A DNA stretch of 40,000 bases from sequence record OM728297.1, one strand, 5' to 3'. The notes under the pieces were generated by a model. It saw only the letters and a list, made by a program, of their open reading frames with translations, was not told the DNA's origin and made no database searches. This document shows, in pieces, positions 1 to 9,003 of this stretch; position 1 is the first letter of the stretch; each line of letters opens with the position of its first letter. Origin of the DNA: Bacillus phage vB_BsuM-Goe21. Both the position numbers and the translations under genes were made by a program.

Positions 1-282
1 AGCTTTATTGAATGGACAACAGTTCCTTTAGAATCTACTATTGGACTGAATGATGAACCAAAAAATAAACGTGGATTAATAAATCCTAACTATAAAAGAA
101 TTATTATAGCATGTTCAGTTGATAAAGATTATGTTAACCAACCATTTAAGAAACAAATAACAGATCTAGAACACTTTAAAGAGTGCGTTTTAATAGGAGT
201 TAGTTTGTTTGTATTTCTCTCTATTGGTTTAATTCTCTATTTTACTTGGCTGATTTGCTACAATAATAACCACAAAAAATAA
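1..282 (+). CDS. 3' end of a CDS truncated at window start; C-terminal transmembrane helix
   Basis: Frame 1 open from base 1 to TAA at 280-282 (SFIEWTTVPLESTIGLNDEP...ECVFIGVSLFVFLSIGLILYFTWLICYNNNHKK*). Not listed in the ORF track because it has no start in the window. Confidence 0.75.
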   Translation, partial: SFIEWTTVPLESTIGLNDEPKNKRGLINPNYKRIIIACSVDKDYVNQPFKKQITDLEHFKECVLIGVSLFVFLSIGLILYFTWLICYNNNHKK

Positions 283-295
283 AAGAAAAGGAGCA

Positions 296-706
296 TTGAT
301 AACCATGCCTAACCATACTGATGACACAATTGTCAGAATCTTATGGGTGGTAGTGATTAGCTTCTTTTCCGCATTCGCCAAGGAACTTAATGATCGTGCC
401 AAAAACCCTAAAGAAACGTTTCTCTTATTTCTGAGTGAGGTTCTTCTAAACGGTGTTTGTGGTGCGATCACTGGAGTTCTAGCATTTAACCTCACGGATA
501 ATATCTATACAATATCTGCTATTTCCGCAATCGGAGGATTAATGGGAATGAACCTCATCAAATACATTACTAAGCTTGGCATTGTTTATGTTGCGGCATT
601 GAGAAATATAAACGTAGATGATCTTAGTAAAATTAATTTAGATGATGAAAAGCCTAGCGAAGAAGAAAAGAAAGAGAACACTACAGAAGAAAAAAGGGAA
701 TCCTAA
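296..706 (+). CDS. Small membrane protein, holin-like candidate
   Basis: Several hydrophobic segments (ILWVVVISFFSAFAKE; LLNGVCGAITGVLAFNL; ISAIGGLMGMNLI), charged C-terminal tail, SD AAAGGAG upstream. Resembles LydA/holin-3 type layout; inference only. Confidence 0.5.
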   Translation: MITMPNHTDDTIVRILWVVVISFFSAFAKELNDRAKNPKETFLLFLSEVLLNGVCGAITGVLAFNLTDNIYTISAISAIGGLMGMNLIKYITKLGIVYVAALRNINVDDLSKINLDDEKPSEEEKKENTTEEKRES

Positions 707-829
707 GATAATTAAAGAAGAATAGTCTAATAACTCACTGTTCTTCTTTGAATTATCATGGCATGAGTTATAATGCTTCTTTTATGTTTTAATTTTATTA
801 CTTTTAAGTTATTATTTTAATATAAGAAT

Positions 830-855
830 AAAATTATACTGTACAGTATAATTTT
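830..855. promoter_or_regulatory. 26-bp perfect palindrome, operator-like site upstream of AAA+ gene
   Basis: AAAATTATACTGTACAGTATAATTTT is its own reverse complement. Confidence 0.5.
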
Positions 856-938
856 TCAATTGCATTTAATTGTCATTACCTTAAATGAAATATAAGAATA
901 TATTATTAATTTGTATATTTTATTAAGGAGGACATTAA

Positions 939-2585
939 ATGTCATATATTGAAATCGATAAAGAATTTTTTATTAATAATATTCAGCCAGAGTTTGAAAC
1001 TGATTCAGAAATTAATATTCAGGGTAGATCTAAACTTAGATATGGTGCATCAATGTTAGAATTAAATCCAAATTCACTAGAATGGGATGACTTAGAAAAA
1101 ATATATGATATTGCTCAGAATAAAGGCAATAGGTCTATTATGATGCAAGTTTCAGCGATTAAGAATTTAATCTCTGACTTTGAAGGAGCTAAGATAGCTA
1201 ATTTAAGAGCACTTGCAATTGCACTACCTTCATACTTTAGTGATAATTTAATTGATGGATGGATTTATTCTTTAGATAGAAAAAATAATCCAATTACAGT
1301 TGATCCATATTTAATTACAGATATTCGCTACTATCCTCCTAAAAAGGATGATCCAGCGTCTGTTTCTATTAGATTAGTTGCTAATTCACCTCGTCAAAGT
1401 AGCCGCGATAAACGTTATACACGTAGTATTTATTTTGATAGTAGTGATATTAGAGGGAAAACAATTCCTCAAATACTGGCAAAAGAGAATCTGTTTCATG
1501 AAACAGAGGAACTAAAAAATATCTATCTAGAACAATTAGAATTATTTAATAAATATCAACCTCAAAAAACGAAGCAATTTTTAATTTCAGGGAAAAGCTA
1601 TGAAACATCAGGAGGAAGTTATTCTTCAGACTATTATTTTAATTCTAATGGTTATATAGACATAGCAACTAAAAATAGATTTATTAATGATGAAGGAATA
1701 ATTAAACGAGTTTTTAATGAAGAGTATGATCCTTATTACTGGAGAAACGAAGCAGGAGTGGAAGAAAAATTTGATAGAATTCCACAACATTGCTATATTT
1801 TTGGTTTTAACTTAGATACACATAAATATACATGGGTACATGCTACTAATATGAAACCATATGAATACGACACTGGTCTAAGAGATAAGCTAATACTCCC
1901 TCAACGACATAAGGATTTAATTGACATTCTAGTAAGTGATCTTGATATTCTTAAAGAAGATATAATTGAAGGTAAATCCGGTGGAACTACCATATTAGCT
2001 ACAGGTAAACCGGGACTTGGTAAGACTCTTTCAGCAGAAATTTATTCTGAAGCAATTGAAAAACCACTTTATAAAGTTCATTCAGGACAATTAGGATTGA
2101 GCTCAAAAGATGTTCAAGAAAATCTAGAAGTAATATTAAAGAGAGCTTCACGTTGGGGAGCAATTGTATTATTAGATGAAGCTGATGTTTTTATTAGAGA
2201 AAGAGGAAATGATTTACAACAAAATGCTGTTGTTGCAAGCTTCTTAAGAACACTGGAATACTTTGATGGTATTTTATTTATGACAACTAACAGGGAATTT
2301 GATGTAGATGATGCTATTAAATCAAGATGTATTGCTGTTATTAGATATGAAACACCTTCTGAAGAAGATGCTAAAAAAATATGGAAAGTATTATCTACTC
2401 AATTAGAAGTAAACCTTAGTGATGAATTAATTGATCAGTTAGTTCTTAAATTCCCAGAAGCATCAGGACGTGATATTAAAGAACTATTAAAACTTACATC
2501 AAGATTTGCCAAAGGAAAAAATGAAGAAATCTCATTAGAACTGTTTAGACAGTGTGCTCAATTTAGAGCTATTAAAATCAAATAG
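939..2585 (+). CDS. AAA+ ATPase (FtsH/CDC48-type ATPase domain)
   Basis: Walker A GKPGLGKT, Walker B AIVLLDEAD, sensor MTTNRE, arginine-finger region DDAIKSRC; SD AAGGAGG. Confidence 0.9.
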   Translation: MSYIEIDKEFFINNIQPEFETDSEINIQGRSKLRYGASMLELNPNSLEWDDLEKIYDIAQNKGNRSIMMQVSAIKNLISDFEGAKIANLRALAIALPSYFSDNLIDGWIYSLDRKNNPITVDPYLITDIRYYPPKKDDPASVSIRLVANSPRQSSRDKRYTRSIYFDSSDIRGKTIPQILAKENLFHETEELKNIYLEQLELFNKYQPQKTKQFLISGKSYETSGGSYSSDYYFNSNGYIDIATKNRFINDEGIIKRVFNEEYDPYYWRNEAGVEEKFDRIPQHCYIFGFNLDTHKYTWVHATNMKPYEYDTGLRDKLILPQRHKDLIDILVSDLDILKEDIIEGKSGGTTILATGKPGLGKTLSAEIYSEAIEKPLYKVHSGQLGLSSKDVQENLEVILKRASRWGAIVLLDEADVFIRERGNDLQQNAVVASFLRTLEYFDGILFMTTNREFDVDDAIKSRCIAVIRYETPSEEDAKKIWKVLSTQLEVNLSDELIDQLVLKFPEASGRDIKELLKLTSRFAKGKNEEISLELFRQCAQFRAIKIK

Positions 2586-2593
2586 AAGGAGTT

Positions 2594-2932
2594 ATGATAA
2601 TGGGTAATATTCTTACTGAAATAAAAGCATTTGATACTAATTATATACAAAAAGGTGATGCTATTAAAATTATTTCACCTGAAATTTTCTCTAAATTAGG
2701 TGTTAATAATAGGAATGCGATAATTTCCGAAATTAAAGATAATGGTCAGGAGCTAGTGTGCTTTTTTGTATCTGATACGTATGTAAATACTTCTCCTTTT
2801 GGGGTTATCTTTAATGGTGATAATTACAAAATTTTATCAATTAGAATAAATGTTAAAGATGTAGTCAATAATATGATTATGGTTGAAAAATTAATTCCTG
2901 AAGAAGTTCCACAATCAAGTGAAATTTTATAA
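2594..2932 (+). CDS. Hypothetical protein
   Basis: ORF directly downstream of AAA+ gene with GGAGG-type SD. Confidence 0.7.
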   Translation: MIMGNILTEIKAFDTNYIQKGDAIKIISPEIFSKLGVNNRNAIISEIKDNGQELVCFFVSDTYVNTSPFGVIFNGDNYKILSIRINVKDVVNNMIMVEKLIPEEVPQSSEIL

Positions 2933-2939
2933 TATAAAT

Positions 2940-2976
2940 AAAGAATGAAATAGCTAATAATGCTATTTCATTCTTT
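2940..2976 (+). terminator. Intrinsic terminator-like stem-loop
   Basis: AAAGAATGAAATAGC / GCTATTTCATTCTTT, 7-nt loop; only a short T-rich tail. Confidence 0.6.
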
Positions 2977-3000
2977 AAATAACTTTAAAGGAGTAACATA

Positions 3001-3459
3001 ATGGAAAATTTATGGGAAATGAATGATGAAATAGAAACTTTAAAAGATTCAGATAATAATGAATATCTCTATCATATTACTGATAAAAACAATTTAGAAA
3101 AAATAATGAAAGATGGGCTTGATCCAACATCTAAAAAAGTAACAATAAATGAACAGAATCTAATTTATCTTACATCAGACTATAATTTTATAATCGAAAA
3201 TGATGATGAATTTTGGAGGAATGATTTAGTATTATTAAAAGTAATTATTAATGGAATTAAAGATAATTTAGAACCAGATTATGAGTATGATGTAGGTTTA
3301 GACATTAATGGTAATCCCTACCCAATTAAAGCTGTAACTTATGATAAAAAGATTGATTCTAAGAGAATTTCAATTATTGGGGAACTTGAATTATACCCAT
3401 TAGAAAATGTACCTTTTCCTATGTATCATGGAAAAATCAAAAATAAAGGGGATATGTAG
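3001..3459 (+). CDS. ADP-ribosyltransferase-like protein (DarT/Kpt-like N-terminal signature), tentative
   Basis: N-terminus YHITDKNNLEKIMKDGLDP...LIYLTSDYNF resembles the H...NL..I...GL...Y motif of ART-fold families. Confidence 0.4.
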   Translation: MENLWEMNDEIETLKDSDNNEYLYHITDKNNLEKIMKDGLDPTSKKVTINEQNLIYLTSDYNFIIENDDEFWRNDLVLLKVIINGIKDNLEPDYEYDVGLDINGNPYPIKAVTYDKKIDSKRISIIGELELYPLENVPFPMYHGKIKNKGDM

Positions 3460-3461
3460 AA

Positions 3462-3719
3462 ATGGCAAATAACTATACAGGTTACACAAGTGAATTTGGT
3501 TTGTTACTATATTCAAATAAAAAATATAATAGAAAAAATGTATTTAAAAGATTAAGATGTAAACATGATGTAATTACAAGAGATAGATGGGTAGAAGCAG
3601 GTTTCTATCCAACAGATTATAGCGTTTATTATTGTGAAAAGTGTGGAAAAATCAAAAATATTAAAAAATGGAGTGGTGAAAAGAGAAAATTAAAATTTGG
3701 TAGAATAAGGGAAATATAA
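3462..3719 (+). CDS. Small putative zinc-ribbon protein
   Basis: LRCKHD...YYCEKCGKIKNI: Cys/His cluster with CxxC. Confidence 0.55.
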   Translation: MANNYTGYTSEFGLLLYSNKKYNRKNVFKRLRCKHDVITRDRWVEAGFYPTDYSVYYCEKCGKIKNIKKWSGEKRKLKFGRIREI

Positions 3720-3740
3720 TAAAATAGATTTCCCTTCTCT
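3707..3740 (+). terminator. Probable intrinsic terminator
   Basis: AAGGGAAAT / ATTTCCCTT, 12-nt loop, then pyrimidine-rich tract; overlaps the 3' end of the preceding CDS. Confidence 0.5.
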
Positions 3741-3827
3741 TATGTATTCTCTTTTTAATAGAAAAAATTTAGAGAATTCCTAACAAGTAATTGAAAATCT
3801 TGTTATACATGAGAGGGGAAATTCATA

Positions 3828-5087
3828 ATGTCAATCTTAACCGAAGAAATGCGTAAAATTATTAGTAAAGAAAAAATTGGAGAAGAAAATACTTATACTC
3901 CTGCATATAGAACTGGAATTGATCTTTTTGATTATCGTAACGGTCGTAGAGAAAGTGGTACTAAGAAGATTGGTATTGATGGTGGAAAGGTTCTTACAGT
4001 TGTAGGTAAATCAGGTACAGGTAAATCAACTCTTGCTATTGAGTTTGCCAGTAGTATTGTTGAACCATATAAAGAAGGACAAGTTTATCATTTGGATTTT
4101 GAACGTGCATCAACTTTATCACGTATTCAAACTATTACTGGTTGGTCAGATGAAAAAGTTAAAGAAAAATGGATTCTATTGAATCGTGGTATCTACAGTG
4201 AAAGTTTATATCAATTAGTTAAATCACTAGCTAAAATTAAGCTTGAAAAATTTGAAGAATTGGCTTTAGATACAAATGAAGTTGATTTACATGGAAATGA
4301 TGTAAGAGTTCTTCCTCCAACAGTTATCTTACTTGACTCTTGGGCTACTCAAATGCCTAAAAGTATCTCTGAGGAAGAAAAACTATCAGGTTCTATGTCA
4401 GCAACATCTATTGCTAAGACAAATAATGCTATTATTAAACGTATTATGGGTGATCTTGAACAAGCAAATATTATCCTGATTATTATTAACCATATTACTC
4501 AAAAAATTGAAATTAACCCAATGGTTAAAACTCAGGCTCAAGTTAACTACTTCAAACAAGATGAATCTATTCCTGGAGGAACTTCTTGTATTTATCTTGC
4601 TAATACTCTTTTGAAACTTGTTTCTTCAAGTAAATTAGAGCCAGATAAAGAGTTTGGAATTAAAGGATTTAAAGTAAATGGTGAGTTAATCAAATCACGT
4701 TCTAATAGTGCTGGTAATAAATTTGAGATGGTATTCGACCAAGAAAAAGGTTTTGATAATGTTCTTACTAACTATCTTCTACTTAAATCTAGTGGTGCTA
4801 TTGGTGGAGCAGGTAGAGGTTTCTATCTTAATACCCTTCCAGATGTAAAATTCTCTCAAAAAACAGTTAAAGAAAAGTATGAAACTGTTCCAGAATTTAA
4901 AGCTGAATTTGATCGTTTAGTTGAAGAGATTATGGAAGAATTCTTGTCTGGGATTGATTTATCAGAAGATAATCTTACATTGGAAGAAAATATTGAAGGT
5001 AACATTTGGAGAGCTAGTGACGGTCAATATTATAAATTTGATGAAGAAACTGAGGAAGTTGAATTAATTGAAAATTACGGAAAATAA
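3828..5087 (+). CDS. RecA/UvsX-like recombinase ATPase
   Basis: Walker A VVGKSGTGKSTLAIEFA, Walker B-like TVILLDSWA, L2-like region, IINHITQKIE; RecA superfamily layout. Confidence 0.85.
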   Translation: MSILTEEMRKIISKEKIGEENTYTPAYRTGIDLFDYRNGRRESGTKKIGIDGGKVLTVVGKSGTGKSTLAIEFASSIVEPYKEGQVYHLDFERASTLSRIQTITGWSDEKVKEKWILLNRGIYSESLYQLVKSLAKIKLEKFEELALDTNEVDLHGNDVRVLPPTVILLDSWATQMPKSISEEEKLSGSMSATSIAKTNNAIIKRIMGDLEQANIILIIINHITQKIEINPMVKTQAQVNYFKQDESIPGGTSCIYLANTLLKLVSSSKLEPDKEFGIKGFKVNGELIKSRSNSAGNKFEMVFDQEKGFDNVLTNYLLLKSSGAIGGAGRGFYLNTLPDVKFSQKTVKEKYETVPEFKAEFDRLVEEIMEEFLSGIDLSEDNLTLEENIEGNIWRASDGQYYKFDEETEEVELIENYGK

Positions 5088-5095
5088 TCTTAAGA

Positions 5096-5134
5096 TGAGA
5101 ATAGTGTAAATTACACTATTCTCATTATCTTTTT
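5096..5134 (+). terminator. Intrinsic terminator
   Basis: TGAGAATAGTG-TAAATTA-CACTATTCTCA followed by TTATCTTTTT. Confidence 0.9.
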
Positions 5135-5220
5135 CCAATTTATTTTTTAGATATATATTATAAAAAAGAATTCTCATTATCTAAAGGGAATGAAAAAGTC
5201 TATATCAGACAAATAAAAAT

Positions 5221-5249
5221 TTGCTTTTTATTAAAAAATATGTTATAAT
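5221..5249 (+). promoter_or_regulatory. Candidate sigma-A-type promoter with extended -10
   Basis: TTGCTT, 17 nt, TGTTATAAT. The predicted TSS would fall inside the SD of the next gene, which weakens the call. Confidence 0.45.
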
Positions 5250-5267
5250 AAAAGGAGGAAAATTTAA

Positions 5268-5660
5268 ATGAAAGTTGTAAAAAGCATAGTGAATGTAGCA
5301 ATTCAACCAGAAAGTGTAGATTATATGAATAATTTATTTTCTTGTTATACAGAAGAAAATAATGTTCCACACCGTTTAACTATTAATAATCCAGTTATTC
5401 ATATGTATCCAAAAGAAGATACATATGGTGAAGATGGAAAATTATATGGTTTTATTGATGTATTGAGGTTTACAGTAGATATCTATGACTCAGAGAAGAA
5501 AATAGTTTATAGAGATAATCGATTAAGAGATGTTATCAAAACAAATGATAGTAAAATCAAAAATATTTCTTACTTCAAAGATCTTAGTACTATGATATCC
5601 TTTGATGGTAAACATATGTTGCTTCCAAATTATATAGAACTATTAGTAGAAAAAATATAG
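5268..5660 (+). CDS. Hypothetical protein
   Basis: ORF with AAAGGAGG SD. Confidence 0.75.
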   Translation: MKVVKSIVNVAIQPESVDYMNNLFSCYTEENNVPHRLTINNPVIHMYPKEDTYGEDGKLYGFIDVLRFTVDIYDSEKKIVYRDNRLRDVIKTNDSKIKNISYFKDLSTMISFDGKHMLLPNYIELLVEKI

Positions 5661-5671
5661 GAGTTATCATA

Positions 5672-5809
5672 ATGTTAATACAACCAGTCAGCCCTGTCCT
5701 ACCCATTTATAATAATAAATTAAAAGATAAATTCTTAAAAAATAAAAAGAATGAAGAACAAAAGAATGATTTAATATTTAAAGATATTTTAGAGAAATAT
5801 ATGCAATAA
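5672..5809 (+). CDS. Small ORF, 45 aa (MLIQPVSPVLPIYNNKLKDKFLKNKKNEEQKNDLIFKDILEKYMQ)
   Basis: ATG preceded by AGGAG; fills the gap between neighbouring genes; below the track length cut-off. Confidence 0.5.
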   Translation: MLIQPVSPVLPIYNNKLKDKFLKNKKNEEQKNDLIFKDILEKYMQ

Positions 5810-5843
5810 GTTAAGGAATTACATACAACTAGGAGGAATATAA

Positions 5844-7859
5844 ATGGATGACATCAGTGTAATTAAGAATGAAGATTATGAAGGTTCACATAGATTTTTA
5901 GCAGAGGAATTACTAATGCCTAATGCAAATAAAACAGATGGTAATAGATCTACAATGTTCTGCTCTCACTTAGCACAGGCAGTAACTCTACAAAAGGCTG
6001 AACCGCCATTAGTCTATACTAACTTTGAGAATCAAGTTGGAAAGTATTCAACTGCAGGTTATAGAAAAGCTAATAGTAATTATAAGGTTATTGAAAAAAT
6101 TTATAAGAATGATTATAATTATGTACTTATTGTACAAGATCAGGAAACTGGGGAATATACATTATTTGAAAGAGCTGAATGTGAGTTTCTAACTGAACAT
6201 TATGGTTTTCAATGGGATAACGATAAAATTGATTCATTAAAGAAAGATGATACAATTGAAAAAGATACTGTATTATATAAGAATACCTGTTATGATGAAA
6301 ATATGAATTTTGGCTATGGTGTTAATTTAAATGCTGCATATTTTAGTTATAAGAATGAAACATTAGAGGATGCTATTGTAATCTCTGAAAGTGCCGCTAA
6401 AAAGCTAGGAACATATAGTGTTAACAAAGTAAAAGTATCTGTCAATACAAATGATATCTTGCTTAACCTATATGGTGATAATGAGAATTATAAAGGATTC
6501 CCAGATATTGGAGAGCATATTAAAAATCAGATTATTGCTAGCCGTAGAAGATTTGATTATAACACTGCATTATATGAATTAAAGAATCTAAATGAAATGA
6601 GAGATTCAGATACTCCATTCTTTGCTGATGGTAAGATTGTAGATATTGAGATTTTCTCTAATGTACCTGAAGAAGAATTAAAGGTACAGAAGTATAATGA
6701 ACAAGTTCTATACTATATTAATAAGCAAAAAGAATTTTCTAATAATGTTTATCAAAAACTTAAAAAGATTGTAGAAGGTAAAGATAGTAATGTTTCAGAC
6801 AAGCTATTGCACTTCTATAATAATTGTAAAATGAGAATTGATGAAAATATTTCTTACACTTATCAGAATAGTAAGTTTAGTGGTTTTATTATGGAATTCA
6901 CAATTTTAGAGGAAGAACCATTAAATAAAGGAAGTAAGATTACAGGTAGATATGGTAATAAAGGTGTAATTAGTAAAATACTCCCTGATGATCAAATGCC
7001 TACTGTGGCTGAAGGACGTTTTAAAGGACTCAAGGCAGACATTTGTCTTAATCCTCTTGGTGTATTTAACCGCCTTAATCCAAGTCAGTTGATCGAACAA
7101 GAATTAAACTGGATTGCTAAATTCATTAGAAAAGATATGGAAGAAGCAGGAAGTAATGAAGAAAAAGTTAGCATCTTACTTGATTTCTTAAATAGAGTGA
7201 ATAAAGAAGAAACTGAATTAATGGAAGAATTCATTAATAGTTTTAATAAAACAGAATTAGAAGAGTTTCTAAATGATATTATTGAAAATGGAATTCCTAT
7301 CTGTCAAAAGCCATTCTTTGGTAATATTGGTTTAGATGAACTTTGGGAATTATACGATCATTATGATCATATTGATTACTTTAAATGTGAGGGAATTAGT
7401 ACTCCTTTAATTATTGGAGAAATTTATATGGTTAGATTAAAACATGAGCCGCATTCTAAATTTAGCGCTCGTAGTACATCATTTATGAACCTAAGAGGTC
7501 TACCAGCTAAATCTAAGAACTTTAAAGAGCATAAAGACTTATATTCAAAAACACCTGTACGTATTGGTAATATGGAGATTTCTAACTTAAGTCTTACCAA
7601 TGAAATGGGTTCTATTATGGATATGCTAAATTCATACTCTAATAATGAGACTAATAGAAGAGAACTTATTATGCAATTATTAACTGGAAATCCATTTGAT
7701 ACCAATATTGATCTTTCAGATGTAGAGTCAGGTACAAGTAAGATTCTTAAATCTTTATTCACATGTCTCGGTCTTTCTATTGATGATGTAGAAGAAGAAT
7801 GGGAGAATAAACTAAATGGAAAAGTAGAGGATGAAAATAATGGGAGTGAGAAGAAGTGA
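5844..7859 (+). CDS. DNA-directed RNA polymerase beta subunit, C-terminal half (split beta)
   Basis: Bacterial beta signatures GSKITGRYGNKGVISKILPDDQMP, DICLNPLGVFNRLNPSQLIE, MVRLKHEPHSKFSARST, PVRIGNMEISNL; no N-terminal half. Confidence 0.95.
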   Translation: MDDISVIKNEDYEGSHRFLAEELLMPNANKTDGNRSTMFCSHLAQAVTLQKAEPPLVYTNFENQVGKYSTAGYRKANSNYKVIEKIYKNDYNYVLIVQDQETGEYTLFERAECEFLTEHYGFQWDNDKIDSLKKDDTIEKDTVLYKNTCYDENMNFGYGVNLNAAYFSYKNETLEDAIVISESAAKKLGTYSVNKVKVSVNTNDILLNLYGDNENYKGFPDIGEHIKNQIIASRRRFDYNTALYELKNLNEMRDSDTPFFADGKIVDIEIFSNVPEEELKVQKYNEQVLYYINKQKEFSNNVYQKLKKIVEGKDSNVSDKLLHFYNNCKMRIDENISYTYQNSKFSGFIMEFTILEEEPLNKGSKITGRYGNKGVISKILPDDQMPTVAEGRFKGLKADICLNPLGVFNRLNPSQLIEQELNWIAKFIRKDMEEAGSNEEKVSILLDFLNRVNKEETELMEEFINSFNKTELEEFLNDIIENGIPICQKPFFGNIGLDELWELYDHYDHIDYFKCEGISTPLIIGEIYMVRLKHEPHSKFSARSTSFMNLRGLPAKSKNFKEHKDLYSKTPVRIGNMEISNLSLTNEMGSIMDMLNSYSNNETNRRELIMQLLTGNPFDTNIDLSDVESGTSKILKSLFTCLGLSIDDVEEEWENKLNGKVEDENNGSEKK

Positions 7860-8175
7860 TTATCTAATTATTGGGTATGATATTGGTTATGACCAATATC
7901 ATCCTGATAAGTATGATGAGTTTGAGGAACTCAATGAGATTAAAGAAGAAGGAAAATTAACTTATTTAATTGATTTTATGAATGGGGAATATTTCTTTGT
8001 AGGTGAAATTATAAAGTGTGACGAAGAAGGAATCAATGGGTTTGGTACAGTTTGTTTAGAAGAACATTCATATGAGTTTATTGATAGTAGGATGAGAGTG
8101 AAAAGATACATTAAAGAAAAATTTGGAATGAAAAATGTTTTACCAAGACTTTATTTAATTAACCATTTTTCATAA
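7831..8175 (+). CDS. Hypothetical protein
   Basis: Overlaps end of preceding CDS by 29 nt; start may be internal. Confidence 0.6.
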   Translation: MKIMGVRRSDYLIIGYDIGYDQYHPDKYDEFEELNEIKEEGKLTYLIDFMNGEYFFVGEIIKCDEEGINGFGTVCLEEHSYEFIDSRMRVKRYIKEKFGMKNVLPRLYLINHFS

Positions 8176-8210
8176 TAATTCTTCTTTATATATCAACAGG
8201 AGTGAATGAA

Positions 8211-8390
8211 ATGAGTGAACAAGAAAAAGAAATTAGATGGGTTGCTGATAATACTATCTTTACCCATTTTACTTTTGGTATTCGTAATTTTAAGAAGATT
8301 CTAGAAGCTGTTTTAATTAAGTTAGATGGTCAATATGACACAAAATTAGTTCAAGATATAACTAGAGAAATTTATAATGAACAAGTATAA
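8211..8390 (+). CDS. Hypothetical small protein (track start 8202 is GTG; ATG at 8211 fits the SD better)
   Basis: CAGGAG SD upstream. Confidence 0.6.
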   Translation: MSEQEKEIRWVADNTIFTHFTFGIRNFKKILEAVLIKLDGQYDTKLVQDITREIYNEQV

Positions 8391-8404
8391 ATCATAATAA
8401 GAGA

Positions 8405-8443
8405 CGTATAATAGATGTGTGCCAGTTTCACATCTATTATACG
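8405..8443 (+). other. 15-bp perfect stem-loop without a U tract
   Basis: CGTATAATAGATGTG / CACATCTATTATACG, 9-nt loop, followed by CTATTAAAATTACAGG. Confidence 0.6.
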
Positions 8444-8526
8444 CTATTAAAATTACAGGAGGACATTATTAATATGTTTATTTCCTGTAATAAAAAAGAC
8501 ATAATTTTGAGAGGAAGAGATATTTT

Positions 8527-8934
8527 ATGGGGAATGTAGTAGAATTTAAAAGAAAAACAGAAAATGAAGAAGTAACCGTAGAAGAAATTCAGTTAGAATA
8601 TGTTAAAAAGAAAATTTTAGATACATATGAATTAGAAGAAAAAGATATTATGGAAGTTGATGAGATGGTTAAAGTATATTTAGATCATCTAGAAAAAGGA
8701 GAGGTAATGGTCTTCTCAAGTAGTGAAGACGCTTTATCATTTGCTAATATTATAATTAATCATCCAGAATTTAAAGATATTTCACATTTTAAAGTTACTC
8801 CTAATATTTCACGACTTTCAATGTTTTATGAACTAGAACCTATAATGAAAAATTCTAATAAAAAGTATATCTTTCCATCAGAAGATAAATTTGTTCCATC
8901 TATTCACTATAGAAATATCAATGAAATTCTATAA
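8527..8934 (+). CDS. Hypothetical protein
   Basis: ORF with good length; start region overlaps a short upstream ORF. Confidence 0.7.
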   Translation: MGNVVEFKRKTENEEVTVEEIQLEYVKKKILDTYELEEKDIMEVDEMVKVYLDHLEKGEVMVFSSSEDALSFANIIINHPEFKDISHFKVTPNISRLSMFYELEPIMKNSNKKYIFPSEDKFVPSIHYRNINEIL

Positions 8935-9003
8935 TATTACATGAACTAGGAAGGGGTTCTAGAAATCATTACACTTATATTCTTTAAAATAGGAGGAAGA
9001 AAA

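Noticed and set aside
229-495. Minus-strand 88-aa ORF
   Set aside because: Antisense to two plausible plus-strand genes (1-282 and 296-706); no good SD or family features.
714-749. AAAGAAGAATAG / CTGTTCTTCTTT stem-loop after the holin-like gene
   Set aside because: Stem has a mismatch/wobble and no following T run; not called as a terminator.
7424-7762. Minus-strand 112-aa ORF
   Set aside because: Entirely antisense to conserved RNAP beta motifs (KHEPHSKFSARST etc.).
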